Below are positions 1 to 14,560 of a stretch of 64,000 nucleotides of DNA, one piece after another (the stretch's first letter is position 1; each line of letters begins with the position of its first letter). Under the pieces are notes generated by a model. That model saw nothing but the letters and a program-made list of their open reading frames with translations, did no database searches and was not told the DNA's origin. Position numbers and translations under genes: made by a program. Source of the stretch: Octopus vulgaris (taxonomy: Eukaryota); the NCBI GenBank assembly GCA_951406725.2, contig OX597825.1, positions 4,030,001 through 4,094,000 on the forward strand, read 5' to 3'.

Positions 1-235
1 GTCTCTTACTTTCACTAACAATGGTCTGTATTTATTTAGGTCCTTCCTTCAAATTCATAGCCATGTGATTGAATCAGAAAACAAAAATTACCGCGTGTAG
101 TAAGTAATTCCGTGTTGAGTCCCATCGCGATGAAAATGGGACAAGTGACTTCTGCCATAGCCTTGGGTCAATCAATTCCTTGTAAGTAGATTTGGTAGAC
201 GTAAACTGAAAACACGTCGTGTATATATACGAACA

Positions 236-278
<43 letters not shown>

Positions 279-279
279 A

Positions 280-452
280 TGATTGCTCCGCCATCAAAGC
301 TTATCAAAGGAGACCGACGGAGTACCAAACGGACCAGACTGTTTAGGTCAGGTAAGTTGGAAGAAGGAGTATATCGGTCGATTCATTCTATTAAAATTCT
401 TCAAGATGGCCTCCCAGCATAGCCGCAGTCTTATAACAGACACAAGTAGAAA
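280..452 (+). mobile_element. SINE 3' fragment (octopus OR-type), decayed
   Basis: AAAGGAGACCGA...GGTCGATTCATTC...CAAGATGGCCTCCCAGCATAGCCGCAGTC tail; the same tail occurs reversed at 43740-43930; follows a (TA)n tract. Confidence 0.6.
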
Positions 453-933
453 TGCAAACCAAAAAACATGCATAAAATAAAATATATACCACGTTACTAT
501 GGCTTGACATGCGAAACGTCACATTTTCCTATAATTGCTGTACTGTTTGTTCCGAATAGCTTTTGGTTATGTCTCTCATCCGAAAATCGTCTTACCTCTC
601 TGATCACCCTATCGAAGTTATTGTTTTAAAAAATTTACCATGTTTATACATTGAACTTGTATCATATAAAAACAAAGTGTTCGTTGTAGATTACAAAATC
701 GGCCATTTCTTTTCACATAAAAGTGTTTAATGGTAAACAATTTCTCTGAAGTTATAAATATGTAGGAGGTGCATTAGCTATAAAGGCTGATAAAAATTAA
801 TTTTAATAAAGTGTATTAAATTTACAAAACAGAGATAGAACATTCTTAGAACTATAAAATATGTACTAACGTCTAGTGTTGAATTCCTTTGATCTTTAGT
901 CTTTCGAGATCGACAGGTTTGGTATATGTATAG

Positions 934-934
<1 letters not shown>

Positions 935-978
<44 letters not shown>
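935..978. repeat. (TG)n microsatellite
   Basis: Seen directly. Confidence 0.95.
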
Positions 979-980
<2 letters not shown>

Positions 981-1524
981 ATTGTGTCTAGGAGATTGCC
1001 TAATATAATTTATTAGGTAAAGAGTGCATAATCTAATGTTCAATTTTATGTAATTAACATATGCACAGAAAATGAAATATGATGATAAGAAATTGTGATT
1101 TAAACCTTCGCAGACAACTTCAATGCGTCTCGTCAGAAATTGCTATGGCCTCATGGGCATCGTCTATACACACGGCTGCTAAAACAATGGTAAGACTTTC
1201 TCTGTTTTTATGATAGAATTTTGGTTATCACAGTGTTTTAGACACGTCCGGTTAGAGTTGGTCATTACAAAATGATTATCTTCACATAAGTGGGTGGTTT
1301 TAACTATCAGTAACACCTCGCCGAATTGAATTCACAGCAGGAAAATAATGTTACTATGATAGTCTTCTGTTTTGTTTGTTAATGGTGTTTGGATATATAC
1401 TCATTCGTAATATCGAAATGTCTTTGTAAAGTCAGAAGCATTATCTTTTACTGACTTCATCTCATGGTATGAGAAAAGAAAAGACAATAGTTAGTCCGCG
1501 CAATTTACCTGGTTCAATGTGCAG

Positions 1525-1700
1525 AATGTGATCTAATGACTAAAACCTGTAACAATGTGGACTATAAATAAAGGTGTGTGAATAGATGTGTGTAGGGACA
1601 AAGGAAATGGGAACTTACATCATAATTGATGCATCACTATCCCGTTTGAATTGGTTTTTATCTGCAGTTAACTACCTGCATGAAATAAAATCTACGCAAC
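1525..1700 (+). pseudogene. Possible decayed Cys-rich EGF-like exon
   Basis: After GTGCAG acceptor reads ECDLMTKTCNNVDYK*RCVNRCV*GQRKWELTS*...IGFYLQLTTCMK*, the C-x-GFY-x-C pattern of mollusc MEGF/RPTP EGF repeats with several stops. Confidence 0.3.
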
Positions 1701-1839
1701 GTATATTGCAAGGGAAAGTTTAAAAGATATGCACTAAGAAAAGCATATTGATGCACCAGCTCCTTGAATTGCAAAAGCGCTACACTATAAATTGTTTAGG
1801 TTTAACTTTCTTTAATTGCTTTTTGTTTTTACACTGTAA

Positions 1840-2048
1840 GGCTGTGATGTGGTTGAATAAGGTAAAATGCGGGTCAAAGCATCGCCAGTTTTCCGTTTTT
1901 ACATTCTTATTTAAAATTCTTCCGGATTTGACTTAGCCTTTTATCAATTCTGGGTCGATAAAATAAGTTCCAATTGAACACCGGGGTCGATGTAATCGAG
2001 TAACGCCCTCTTCAAAATTGTTGCCTTTGAGCAAAATTTGAAACCAAT
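1840..2048 (+). mobile_element. SINE (Meta/MESC-like core GGGTCGATAAAATAAGTACCAG)
   Basis: Core TGGGTCGATAAAATAAGTTCCAATTGAACACCGGGGTCGATGTAATCGA and tail AAAATTTGAAACCAAT shared with copies at 11111, 21890, 34287, 45465. Confidence 0.8.
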
Positions 2049-5000
2049 ACTTCTCGTAAATATTTAAGAAAAACTACTTGCGGATGAGTGTTTTTCAGCC
2101 AGAATGTCTGATCAAATCATTGACATCGTATGAATATTCTCAGCTACTTCAACACGCCTTAATAAATTTATATTGAGATTTGAAAGCAATCTACGGAACT
2201 CTAATAATTAGTACAATGCGCATAATATCCTGTAATGTTAAGTGTATTTTACATTAATTTTTAATAAACTTGTACAGTGTTTATATTTCTGAACCTCAGC
2301 CATACTTATATTCCAAGCATATTGTTTTAATAATCACATTTTATAGCATCTTCATATTTTCTGAAATCATTGTGGGAAACAAATTGCAAATTAGATTAAT
2401 GCATTAAAAGTTTTCTCATTTCCTGGTGTGAAATATAAATTACATTAAAATAGTTGCAAATTTTTGGTGTATAATGAGTATTTTATCATAAACTAATAAG
2501 TACTTAGTTCTAAACGATACATTAGTAGTTCATTCTTTCACACAAGTAACCAAGTTAGACTTATTATAGAGCGTCGTCTTTTATATCTGCCAGAGTTTGA
2601 GAAATAACTAAGATGCTCCGAAATATACAGAGTAGTCCTCATTTAAAGAAAATAGAATTTGCGAGTCTTGGCACAGGGGAAATTGAATGTGGATTGTTGT
2701 GACGAAAGGTGTATATTCTGCATATTCTGGGATTGTTTCAGTTTTTTTTTTCAATCAGATGTGAATGTTCACGTTTGCACAGTTACAAATTATTGTTTAT
2801 GAAACAGATGAAAATTTCCGAAAACCTGAACATTATCTTAAAGGTCACATATATTTCTTAATTATATATCGTGTATAACATTGAACTGAAAGACATGTTT
2901 ATCATGACATCGGTCCCAATTTATCAACGCAGTGATTGAGTTGGTGAAAACGTGCGTGACTGTGGGTTAGAGATAGGAATAGAATTAGGGGATAATGCTT
3001 TCATTCGTTTAAGATTTATGCATTCCGTGTCTCCTTTCAGTTAATGTGTGTCAGACGAACGAATGACATTGTATGACGTTTTAAAATTTAGTAGATTTTA
3101 ACAATTACTAATATATGGTAGATGCAGATATGCACGATGAACAATGTTTCTACGTCAGTACTAAATATGACATTAGCTTTGTCTATTTTGTCTTTAAATA
3201 TTATGCACACATTATCGAAAAAAAACATCCAGGAAAATATTTTCCCATTTTTCAATACGTTGTGGAAGGGCATCATCCATTGCTGTTTTCAATGGCCTTC
3301 TTGAATGAAGATTATAAATAATCCAATACACGTGGTATAGTCAAACCAGAATTCATTTGCGATGGCTACCAGAGCAGTCCAGGTTAAAGCTACTCGGAAC
3401 CGTGAGCGTAGTGCTTAATTAGACTCTGGAAAATTTTGGCATCTAAGAACTAAGATTGTCCATTCGATGTCTTACCAAGCCAATTACTTCAACTGACCTC
3501 CTGTCATAAGCCTTAGCTTGTAGGGCTTCTCGGTAAGCCAAAAGGATCAATCATAGAAGCAATGAGCAAAGAAGGAAGTCAATTAAGCCCGAAGCCATGT
3601 CTTTGCTACCGCTCCAATATTTAATAGGATTTCCTAAACGAATGAATGATGAAAATATTTCTTATCAGTTTTTCTATCACAAAATTATACGATTTCAGAT
3701 TTTGAGATAAAATCTATACCTAAAATGAAACCGGTGTATGGAGAGTTTCAAGCCGGAACAGCATTTATTCAATATAAGCGATATTAGCATCCTTTTTATG
3801 TACACTCATGGGTCTTAGCTCTTAACCATCAAGTCATTGTATGAAGGACTGGATGGCTATCTCGTTGTTATTAACGGAGAACACAATTAAATTCAAGACC
3901 ATTGTTTAAAACTGACAAATATTAGGTGCAATATTTTAGAAGCATGAACATATACATTCGGAATCATTATTTGAATAATAATCAAAGTTAATTTTGGATG
4001 GAAATAAAAATGAGTAAAGGAATACGTGAAAGAGAGGAAATTTGCTAATACTTCGATAGAATCCTGTTATTTATTTGTATCTAAAAGGTATATTTGTTCA
4101 ATCTGCGTTGTTGAATAGCAATAAAGTCATTTTGGTGAAGGCATATATACTGCTTTTTTTTTCTTTCTTAGCAATCACATTTTATGGCAGGGATGTCTGC
4201 ATAAACCAGTAAACCTTATCTGAATTAATAAAAATTAGGCTATAATGTGGAAAATATCTGTTAGATCGCACTCCTCAGTTATAAACAGATAGTAAAGATA
4301 CACTCTATTAGATATTAGTGCTATTCAGCAATAAAGATATGTCGTCAATACGATTTGCAATGAAAAATCGAAATGTATTTATTGCCGATTGACAAGTTAT
4401 CATTTTGTTATTCACAGGATTTAATATTCTTGCCTTATTTATCGCAGATCACGAAGTACAAACTGGTGATATGTTTATATAGATCAATGAATAAGAGAGA
4501 TGATATGTTTATCAAAAATTGCTAATTTTGTATTTTGAATATATTTAAGAGAATCTAACGTCGATAGAGCTTGAGTAACACTGTATCACGGTGCACGTGT
4601 CCTAGCTCATAAATTCATAAATAAAATTTATTAAACAGACATTTATTTTTATCTAATAAACATATCACGGTTAAATATCGGTCTCCAGGCAAGAAATAAA
4701 TCTATTTTAGAACTGTAACTAAATATACAAAAGGCAATGTAATTATAAGTATATTCAATGGCTTCAATATAATCTATCTATTAAATAATCTGTGGCAGAT
4801 AAAACTGTGATGCCATTATTAACGCAAAACTAACTTTTACGCATCAATATTGATCATAACATCACAATACATGTTCAGTCCATATTTATGAGAAATAAAT
4901 CGTACAAGTCGGGATTTTCAAAGAGGAATTGAAATTTCATTGTATAGTAAAACTTCACTGTAAGCATATACTAAATTCTTTTAACAAATCATATGCAGCA

Positions 5001-5469
5001 TCATACCACGCTCATCGCATGTGGAATTCCAATATACCTTTGGCTTTTCCAACCGACAAGCCATATCCTGTTTTTTTGGAGAATGTGAGGAATCTAGTTA
5101 AGCGAAAGCTTCCGAAACTCTGGACTAAATTAACATAGGTTGTGATACATTGTGGTTCTCTGCATTAAGAAAGTTCTTTTCGCATAAATCTAAATCATAT
5201 TTTCGCATTTAGAGAGAGAGAGAGAGAGAAGGAAAGAGAGAGGAAGCGAGAGATGCAATTATGTTTTACATGCATTACTTATTTACATGGTGAATAATTA
5301 AATGTATATCGATCAATATATATCTAAATAACGGATACAATATTGCGGCCATTACCATTTCTGTTTAAGTATTGTTAAAACATCCATATTCTACTCCATA
5401 AGACAGAACAGTATATTAGGTCTATATATTATAGAAGATTTCATAGCGTAAATCACGTGATAGCGATAT

Positions 5470-5781
<312 letters not shown>

Positions 5782-5799
5782 TATATATTTAAATAATTT

Positions 5800-7080
5800 C
5801 AAATTTCACTGAAGCTGGCTCGAATAAATAGACCACAAGATTTATTCTTTGAGCTCAGCTCAAGTGCGTTGTCGAGCACTGGCGCATGTTGATCGAAAAT
5901 CTCTTCATTTGCGGATAAATTAGAGATTCTAATCGAAATACCGGTAAAGATGCTATCAATAGTGGATTTAGTGTGATTGGACGATACATTGATATATGAT
6001 ATGGATTTGTTTGGCTTACGAAATCGGTCGTGTAAACACGTATCCAAACACAATATAACGTCCGGGAGATTCACCACTATGGAGTTAACATCAAAGATAA
6101 TCTTAAGATTAAAGAAATATTTCCAGAAGCTTCCGAGGCATTTCCTCAATATATTCAATACAGTTTTAGACTGGCTATGTACATCGAGAAGTGCATTATG
6201 CCTATACAGTAACCAAGTGAGGAGAAGAAACCTATACTTAATCTGCGAAAGGAGGTATAGGCCCACTTTGCAGAATCACATGTCCTGATGGTTATATCGT
6301 AGAAATTGGTGGAATTAACTATCTGCCAATCACGCTCGTTGTGGGGGATGAGAGTCTCCCATGCCGCTAATATTATATCAATGGGCATATCCGCAAATTT
6401 ACGGGTAAAACTCAAAGCTTTATTGAGCAATATAAGGGATACAGATTTATAATAATTCGAGATATCAAATTGCAAAAACCTCTAAAACATATTTATTCTT
6501 AAGGGACTCCAACTATAGGATAACATGCCCAGTAAATTTCCATTAGGGAAGTTGAACCTTATCCTTCACAATGGGAATAATACGATCGATAAAATATTTA
6601 CTGATTCTACCCAAATCAGATTTGGTCGGGTAGATCAACCTAATCGAAGGATTTGATAAAAAAAAGACTTATGGACCTTCAAGAGGCCATGTGGAGTTTT
6701 TGCAGCATATGTCTGGGTTCTCCCAATGAGGCACAAAACAGAGATGATTTCTGAGTGTCATTAATCCTATCCACTGCATTTTTGCTTGCATGTTTATAAC
6801 CAGAGTTTAACTCCTTCAGGATCAAGTCATTATAAATCTTCGGCGGTACAAAATAAATTCTCCGGTTTTATCCGATGGGACGTGCAAATCAGGAGATGAT
6901 TTTATTGCGGATATATCATCAGACAAGAATTTCTGGAAAGGATTCATATATTTGGAGAATTTCAACCGTTTAATCAAATTCATAAGGTCATGTTCAAATT
7001 GAGCAAGAGACCGTTGATGGCCTATTAAATTCAGCAATGAAAAGCCCCTCACTGTCCAGCTTTCCACATTCTTCATTTTG
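5800..7080 (-). mobile_element. Penelope-like element, frameshifted reverse transcriptase
   Basis: ORFs 6822-7076 (FEHDLMNLIKRLKF...IKSSPDLHVPSDKT), 6155-6475 (QFDISNYYKSVS...LLNKALSF) and 5799-6266 (GLYLLSQ...LYRHNAL...VVNLPDVIL...FRKPN...NVSSNH...RISNLSANEEIF) are collinear Penelope RT motifs; the YRDD catalytic motif has decayed to YRHN. Confidence 0.9.
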
Positions 7081-7539
7081 TCTGAATACTACAACTGACC
7101 CATCATCATCATCTTCATTCCCGTAATATTCTACTGCTACAACCATAACTACTACTATTATCACGCCTTCCTTCCAACCACTGTCCACCTCAATTTGAAC
7201 GTATACCTCACAGCTCCATGATAAATCTAAATATAAATACTAAGAAACTAATGAGAATATTATAATTTAAGTTTAATTTAATAAGCTTTCAGTCCATGTT
7301 AGTCGCAGGAAATTTTTTTCGGAAATGAATGAGTAGCTAAATAAATCTAATTAATGACTTGTATTATTACAGACAGGGAGGTGTTGGTGGTGACTGATTA
7401 GTATCTGTTATGCGAAGTTATTAATTTATGAATTACAATGTGTTTGGTTATGTGTTTATGAATTAAAATATTTACAAAATCCAAAATTGGTTACGTGTTT
7501 ATATTGAGATATGGTTTGTCTTTTCCAATAAATATATTT

Positions 7540-8420
7540 TATTTATTTAATTGTTGTTGTATAGAAATAATTACTTTGACATAGCAAAATGGTAAAACCG
7601 TGAATTTTGTTTGGAGATTCCCCTCTCAATGGCATTAGGAGTTGAATCTGTCCCTTATGAATTGTAGTTCTCCATGTAAGTGACATCCACGTTTTGCCTG
7701 TGTGTATGTGTCCACACCCTGAAAAAATATCGCAAATCAAATTATCTGATGCGTAAGTTAATTCAGTCTTATTTGTGGATTAGACCTTGTTTGAATTGGA
7801 ATTCCGATTTTCCAGTAGGTTGGGGCATATTCCACATTTAGGACATCTGCATCTTTTAACACTTGGTTCCGTTGTAGGGTATAATTTTGCATTTCTCAAT
7901 ATTCTATTTATTTATTTACGTTAATTTCACTTTTGACGAATTTGTTAGTTTGTAGATGAAGCTTCATTTTAGGATCCTAGTAAGCATGGGTATATTTTGA
8001 ATTATGTTGTTAAATGCCTCATTGTTTTGAAGGCTGTCGATATAAAAGGTAATATTTGTAGATGATGTAATTTGGTTTGTTTCCGTTAGTGTTTTGATAT
8101 CTCTTTTCTTCGCACGTTTAATACCATCAACTATTAGTGAGGGCAGATAGGATCTCTCGACTTGTATCATTTTAAGTTAATGAAGGCAGGAGTTCGTGTA
8201 TTTGCTTCTGAAACGATTGTGCAAATGCTTTTCGCTAAATTGGAGGGAATATTTATTTTAATACGTTTCGGTTTTCAATTTGATTGTTGACAATTTATCA
8301 ATATCTCAAGGAACGGAGTTGCTCTTTGCTTTGCTCCATTGTAAATTGAATATATGGACTTTTAATCTTGAGCAGTGATTCAAATTCAAAATTTTATCAA
8401 TATTCCTATTCTTTACAAGG
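7540..8420 (-). mobile_element. Second Penelope-like element: RT C-terminus plus GIY-YIG endonuclease, decayed
   Basis: Minus strand reads IQFTMEQSKEQL, KINIPSNLAKSICTIVSE, KCGICPNL, CASDNLICDIFSGCGHIHTGKTWMSLTWRTTIHKGQIQ (GIY-YIG: NLIYxITCxGCxxxYIGQT..R...H..QI). Confidence 0.85.
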
Positions 8421-9760
8421 TGAGAAAAGCAGCTGATTTTCTGAGAATCCACACGAGACGCCAAAATGATGTACACGAGTGAGTAATGCATACACGGATG
8501 AGTTGTACAATGTGTCTGTGTTTATACAAGATGCTATAGATGTATTTGAGATACATATTCCTGAAGTATCCGGCAATCGATTTGTCTTTTATGAAACTCA
8601 TTGAATTTCAAAGCATTTAATCTGAGACAACTTATTCTGCAACACTCCAGATGTAATTATTTACATTAGCAGAAATATTTTCTCGATTTCATGTATTTGC
8701 TTTTATGCATGAGTATGTATAATATGTATTACACTTTATATTTCAGACTTGATTTAATAAATATATATTTCTAATATATATAGGTGTTTCCACAAATAAT
8801 TCTCTACACTGCTGCCGAAAGTAAGTATTGTATATAGTATGTGAATTGGTAATTACTTAACTACAATATGTAGACATGCATATACGCACAGAAAGGTAGA
8901 CCGAGTGGGAGTGAGTGTGTGTGAGAGATAAAACATATATATATATATATATATATACACACGCATAAAGTAACTCTTTGTCCCAGTGTAGGTTGGTAGA
9001 TATATTTATCATTACGTTGAAGCAGGACAATTTCATACTTTACAGACACAAACACATACACACACACTCACACACATATAGGTGTATATGTTCATAGATA
9101 AATACTTATAAATAACAATATAGCATAATAAATTTAAAAAGCTTATGTGAAACTCACAAAACTTTGTTTGCAATTATCTGCTTCAGTAGTCAAATGTCAG
9201 GTCTGTAAGGGCAGAGAGCCAATGAGTTGCAAGTGGTTGAGGTCTTCACGAAAATATAATAAATCTGGTGATAAAATATGACAGATATCGGCAGAATATA
9301 TTTCTAAGTCTGCAGTTTTATCACACTTATAGTTAAGATGTTCTAATTGTACGTACAGTATTAAGGCTAGATAATTAACATTGGTATTCAAGGCGCACGT
9401 GTATAGACGAGGGTTTTAAGAATTAGAAAACAATTTGTTAATTAAATAAATTCCAGGTGACACTGAAACATTGCAGAAAAATTAACATGAGTAGAATTAT
9501 ATATTTCAGAGCCAATCTTCATAAGGCATTTCGTTACGAAACTATTAGCCGTTAGCAAATATTTGTCACATATTTTAATCTACCCTTTTACCTTTTAACC
9601 CCAAGATCAAGTCTTAGCTGCGATCGTGGAACCTAACGTTCGGCCTACTAAGACACTTGCGCAACATACCAATTCGTTTAGATCACGTGGGAACTAACTA
9701 AATCCCTCATAATATCTCGCGCTCTCTCTCACACACACACTCATACACACACGCACACAC

Positions 9761-9801
<41 letters not shown>

Positions 9802-10780
9802 TGTATGTATCTATGTATGTATGTATGTATTGCAAGACATGTAGTTTTGAAGCTTTAAATGATCCCTGCCTACATAATCCAGGGAACCTAATTAGAATGA
9901 CTGTACATCATTGCTCAATCCCTATAGAAATATGTGTGAATACTCATCTGAACGTAACTGGCTGGAAGACTCTTGCAATGAGATAAAATGCATTGGGAAG
10001 ACAAAGCGTTAAATTTTATCTCAATTTACTTTAAGTAAAAAAACTTAGATTGCTCATATTAGATTACATTTTGTTAATAAATACGACAGGTTAGATTGCT
10101 TCTCATCCTCTATTTTTTTTAAAACCAGATCAGTCCAAAATCACGTTGTCTAATATTAGACAGTAAATTGTAAATTACAAAAAGTATCTAGTTAATTGCC
10201 TACAAGAAGCACTAACCTTATAGTGTCATTAGTTTTATGTTTCCTTTTATATCCAACATGTTTATTTTTATATCCATTGTTAGTCTTTGTTATAGGTTTG
10301 TACGATGTCCCGGTAATTTTCAAATGCATTGTTATATGCAAAACCATTGTAAATATATTCCGTTACGTATTGTGCGATTTTTGTTATACTTAATAAGGGG
10401 AAAACTATAAATAAATATATGAGACAAATAAAAAAACGGTACAATGCATTTGATTTTATGCCTCGTTTAAGCAATGACTAAACGCTGATTCACACATTTT
10501 GTTCCACACATACGTAAATCCATTAAAGCTATCTAAATACATTTGCTTTCTTGATAAGTGCTTATATTTTGGAAAATTATGTAAATTGAAACAATCGAGA
10601 AAATGAAAAGCTGTAAAAACGCAAATCTTGTGAAATGTTTCAAAAAATAATACATATAATTGTGAAAGCCACTACGTTCATCTAGGGAGTTTTTCAACAA
10701 TAATGACACTTCCTGAAAATTTGCATTTTTAAAACTGTAAATTCTTTTTATAATTAAAATTTTTTTTTTTCTCCTGTCAG

Positions 10781-10858
10781 ATCAAATCATATGATTCCTT
10801 AGAAATACGATAGAAGGAGAAGTTACCACATGTCGACAGTGCTAATTTCGTGGATCAG
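10781..10858 (+). other. Exon-like block with strong splice sites
   Basis: Acceptor T11CTCCTGTCAG, donor CAG|GTAAAA; stops in all three frames from the acceptor, internal ATG at 10830 open to the donor (MSTVLISWI). Confidence 0.3.
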
Positions 10859-11110
10859 GTAAAAGATGACACCTTCAAAATAAATTATGAATTAGTAGTT
10901 TTCTGCCAATGCCAGCAACAGATATAATTTTATGTTGTTCCAAAGATATTATCTTCAATGTATTATTTTGTATTTGTTGTAGTGTTTGTTACCCTAATAA
11001 TATGAGCATTATGCAGACGCGTTGCTTTATAGAGCTAACCGAATTAGTTTTATAAATTCGATTCTCTCTTAGCTTGGTTTAATAAGAATATTAAAATACT
11101 GAAAGATGTT

Positions 11111-11320
11111 AGGGCGGCGAGCTGGCAAAATGATTAAGACGTCGGCCAAAATACTTAGCGCTATTTAGTCCTTTCTAACGTTCTGAGTTCCAGTTCTGTC
11201 GAGGTCAGCTTCTAATCCTTTCAGGGTCGATAAAATAAATACCAGTAAAACATTGGCATCGATGAAGTAGACTTATCCGCTCATACGAAATTGCTGGCAT
11301 TTTGCCTAAATTTGAGGTCA
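11111..11320 (+). mobile_element. SINE, full-length, same family as 1840
   Basis: Head GGCGGCGAGCTGGCA, TTCTGAGTTC, core CCTTTCAGGGTCGATAAAATAAATACCAGT, tail AAATTTGA. Confidence 0.8.
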
Positions 11321-12344
11321 ACATTCCTTTACAAAAAGAATTAGATCGATGTAGATGACTTTGTGTAACATAGAAAAGTGATGTACTTCGCAACATGTAA
11401 CAGGAAATGTTTTTTTTAACTTCTACACAAAATAAAGATTTTTCTCCAAGTCTTTCATGTTATATTAAATAACATCGGTCTTTTAAGAAATGTACAACTA
11501 TATGATCAATATTGAACAATTATAAAATTCATATTGATAGTGAGAAATTACCCCACTCATTAGGCAAAAGATAAAAGCATTCCTGACTTATTCGACAACA
11601 ACAAAAACATCGCGGATCAAATATTATGAGGCCGCTTCAGAGTAAGTATCAATCGGAGTAAATCAGACTCGTTTATACTGCAGTATAGGAACTCATTTAA
11701 TTACTTCAAAATCCTTGTATAAAAATTTCTGGGTTAGAGTATATACTTTCTGGAAAGGACTTCCATATTATTTCGTTTGCATACGGACCATTACAATATT
11801 CAAAATTTGAGGCAAACCAGCAAAAGCGTTGCATATCCATTGCAGTCAAACTTACGAAGTTTACTAGTGAGCATACGCGAGGTCAGAGAACGGCATTCCG
11901 ACCGTAAGACCTCAAATTTGTATCATATTACATGCTGATCTTCACCATTGCTATAAAAGGTGGGCGGTAAATCGTTGATAGTTTGCATTAAAAAGAGTTA
12001 AAATATAGTTGTTTGTTTTATAACCATCATATTCAAGACTAAAAATAAACACCAGCTTTGATTTAAAGTTTGTCTTCAACGTAAATATATTTTATATTTT
12101 TGAAAATGAATTCTCACAAATTAAACCGATGCCATAAATAAATTCCTAAAAGCTAATATTTGGACACAGTAACAAACACACACACAGACACACACACACA
12201 CCGGCATAGAGTCACATAGAACCACATAGAATCACATACATAACGCAAATACAGAGAAAGAAAATAGCAAACATACTACATATTTTTATATTTTATTCAC
12301 ATATAAACTCAGGATGATACGCAAACACACCATGCATGCATTCA

Positions 12345-12348
12345 TATG

Positions 12349-12424
<76 letters not shown>

Positions 12425-12546
12425 TATATACATATATATATATATACATATACATATATATATGTATATATATATATATATATACATACACATATATATG
12501 TATGTATATGTGTGTATGTGTGTGTATAAATATATATATGCATATA

Positions 12547-12595
<49 letters not shown>
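12345..12595. repeat. Compound (TA)n/(TG)n microsatellite
   Basis: Seen directly. Confidence 0.95.
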
Positions 12596-12599
<4 letters not shown>

Positions 12600-13133
12600 G
12601 TATGTAATGCAGCTGATTAAATATATATGGGTAATAGTCCACATTACACACATACACTAAAGCAAGAAATTCCTGTGCTCATTCAATGTATGCGTCGGTG
12701 ACTACTCACTTGGAACGCAATTTAACACAGAATATTATTTATAAATAATTCTGTTGAAAGAAATATACCAGAAATTGTATTCTTTTTTCTTTTGTCTTAC
12801 TTGTTTCTTTCATATTTTTCATTTTCCAATAAACTATTTGATTTGTTGCCGTCGAATGTTTAGAAAATCATATATTTATTTCACTGTTCGATATTTAATG
12901 TGCCATGTTGTATATAAATTTAAAATCCGTAAATTATTTTTACCCGTTCAATGTTTTTTCGCATGGACTCTTCAAACAGTCAAACATAGGTGAAAACAAG
13001 AAGAGAGAAAAAATAACCTATGTACAACAACAGATAATATGTTATTACCAATTGTTAGTGATATTATTTATTTTATCCTCATTTTGCTTCCACATAAAAT
13101 GTTATCTACGTACATTAACATGTCTAGTGGTGC

Positions 13134-13251
<118 letters not shown>

Positions 13252-13299
13252 CGTTTCTGTTTGTCAGTCATTATTAGACACCTACTTAAGGTGCATTGA

Positions 13300-13510
13300 C
13301 CAGACAAAATCATTACCACTACATAGAAACAGCGTAGTAGAAGTATTTCCAGTTTAGTTTCTGAGTTTGAATCCATCATGATCAACTACGATTCATCACA
13401 ACGAGGTCGATAAAATATGTACCATTTGAACCGTGAACTGACTGTCCGATACGCTTACGATTCACATCCAGTTATATTGCCCTGAAGCTACCTTTGGAAA
13501 TATTTGGAAA
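13300..13510 (+). mobile_element. Highly decayed SINE, same family as 1840
   Basis: TTCTGAGTTTGAATCC and GAGGTCGATAAAATATGTACCA. Confidence 0.55.
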
Positions 13511-13859
13511 TGCATTGTTTTGGTCAAAGTTAAAGTATTTCCGAAAGGTAAATATGTGTGAGTCTAGATAATTGTGATCTTAAGCAAGATGTTCGTGCTT
13601 TCAGTCCTGTTGGCACAGAAATATGCCCTCGGCTGTTTATTTATCACCAGACAACACGTTTGTCCTTTTACATAATACTTAATACCATATTTACCTTGGA
13701 GAATACTTAGCTCTTGTGATGCTCCGCTTCTAAAATGAAATTCATTGAAAGGGATATTCGTTAATTCGTTGCTCGACATAGAGACGGAATGAATTTTAAA
13801 CCATAACAAATGTTTGGTCGCTTGTTTGCCAAAGTGGCACATGTGACTTGTTTTAAAAA

Positions 13860-14560
13860 TTCAATGATAATGCTATGGGAATGATGGTAGTACCCAATGA
13901 TACCAACGTTCTTTATAGGCCATATTGAAGAACAAATCTTTGCTCAGTTCAGTGAATTCATTCCAGACCTGTAGGATCGTCATGTTGACGACTGTGCTGG
14001 TGACACTACCCCTACTTAACTGGTCAACACTTCTATTTCTCTCTTTAAAGCATTTGACACTGCCTTGGAATTTATCTTCACCATATCAGAAACTTATTTT
14101 CATTTACTTCTCAATAACACCATAAACAATAGCCACCTATATTCCTTTATAAACTACAAATCAACTGATTCCCAGGCAGTTTTAGAGTCTGGGAATTTTC
14201 GCCGCCTCTGCAGCATTGATTGTCCAAACCTATTTATAAACAATGCATCAATTCTTTCTGAATCGAGTTTACTTTCTGTCAGTTGTTGACCAGGTTCTCA
14301 ACTATGTCTAGGCCGTCGACTTCACCACCGCTTTCCTAGCGTATTTATGCATGTCTCCTCACCTTCTCTCCGCCATTCCTCCTATAGAAAGTAAAACTCC
14401 CAATTCTAAATTGTGACCCACAACAATTCTAAAATCTCCCAACCCTCATTTCTTAGCCTTTATTATCATATGAACAACGGAAATCTAGTAAGAAGCTCCC
14501 TAATGCTCAGAACCACACTTATAAACACGCTCCCCGGCCTGCTATTTAAGTCACCTCCAC
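13860..14560 (+). mobile_element. Penelope-like RT fragment (third lineage)
   Basis: Reads NAMGMMVVPN../FIGHIEEQIFAQFSEFIPDL*DRHVDDCAG...FDTALEFIFTISET...INYKSTDSQ, matching Penelope GxAMG..GP.YANLFVGYIEEQIF...RYIDDC...FHPALEFTWEISET...YKPTDSH; NLVRSSL near 14490. Confidence 0.85.

Noticed and set aside
4447-4530. Possible PTP-domain exon (DH...IANFV)
   Set aside because: Needs several frameshifts; not distinguishable from chance by eye
12286-12660. YI/VC/HT-rich ORFs here and at many other loci
   Set aside because: Translations of dinucleotide microsatellites
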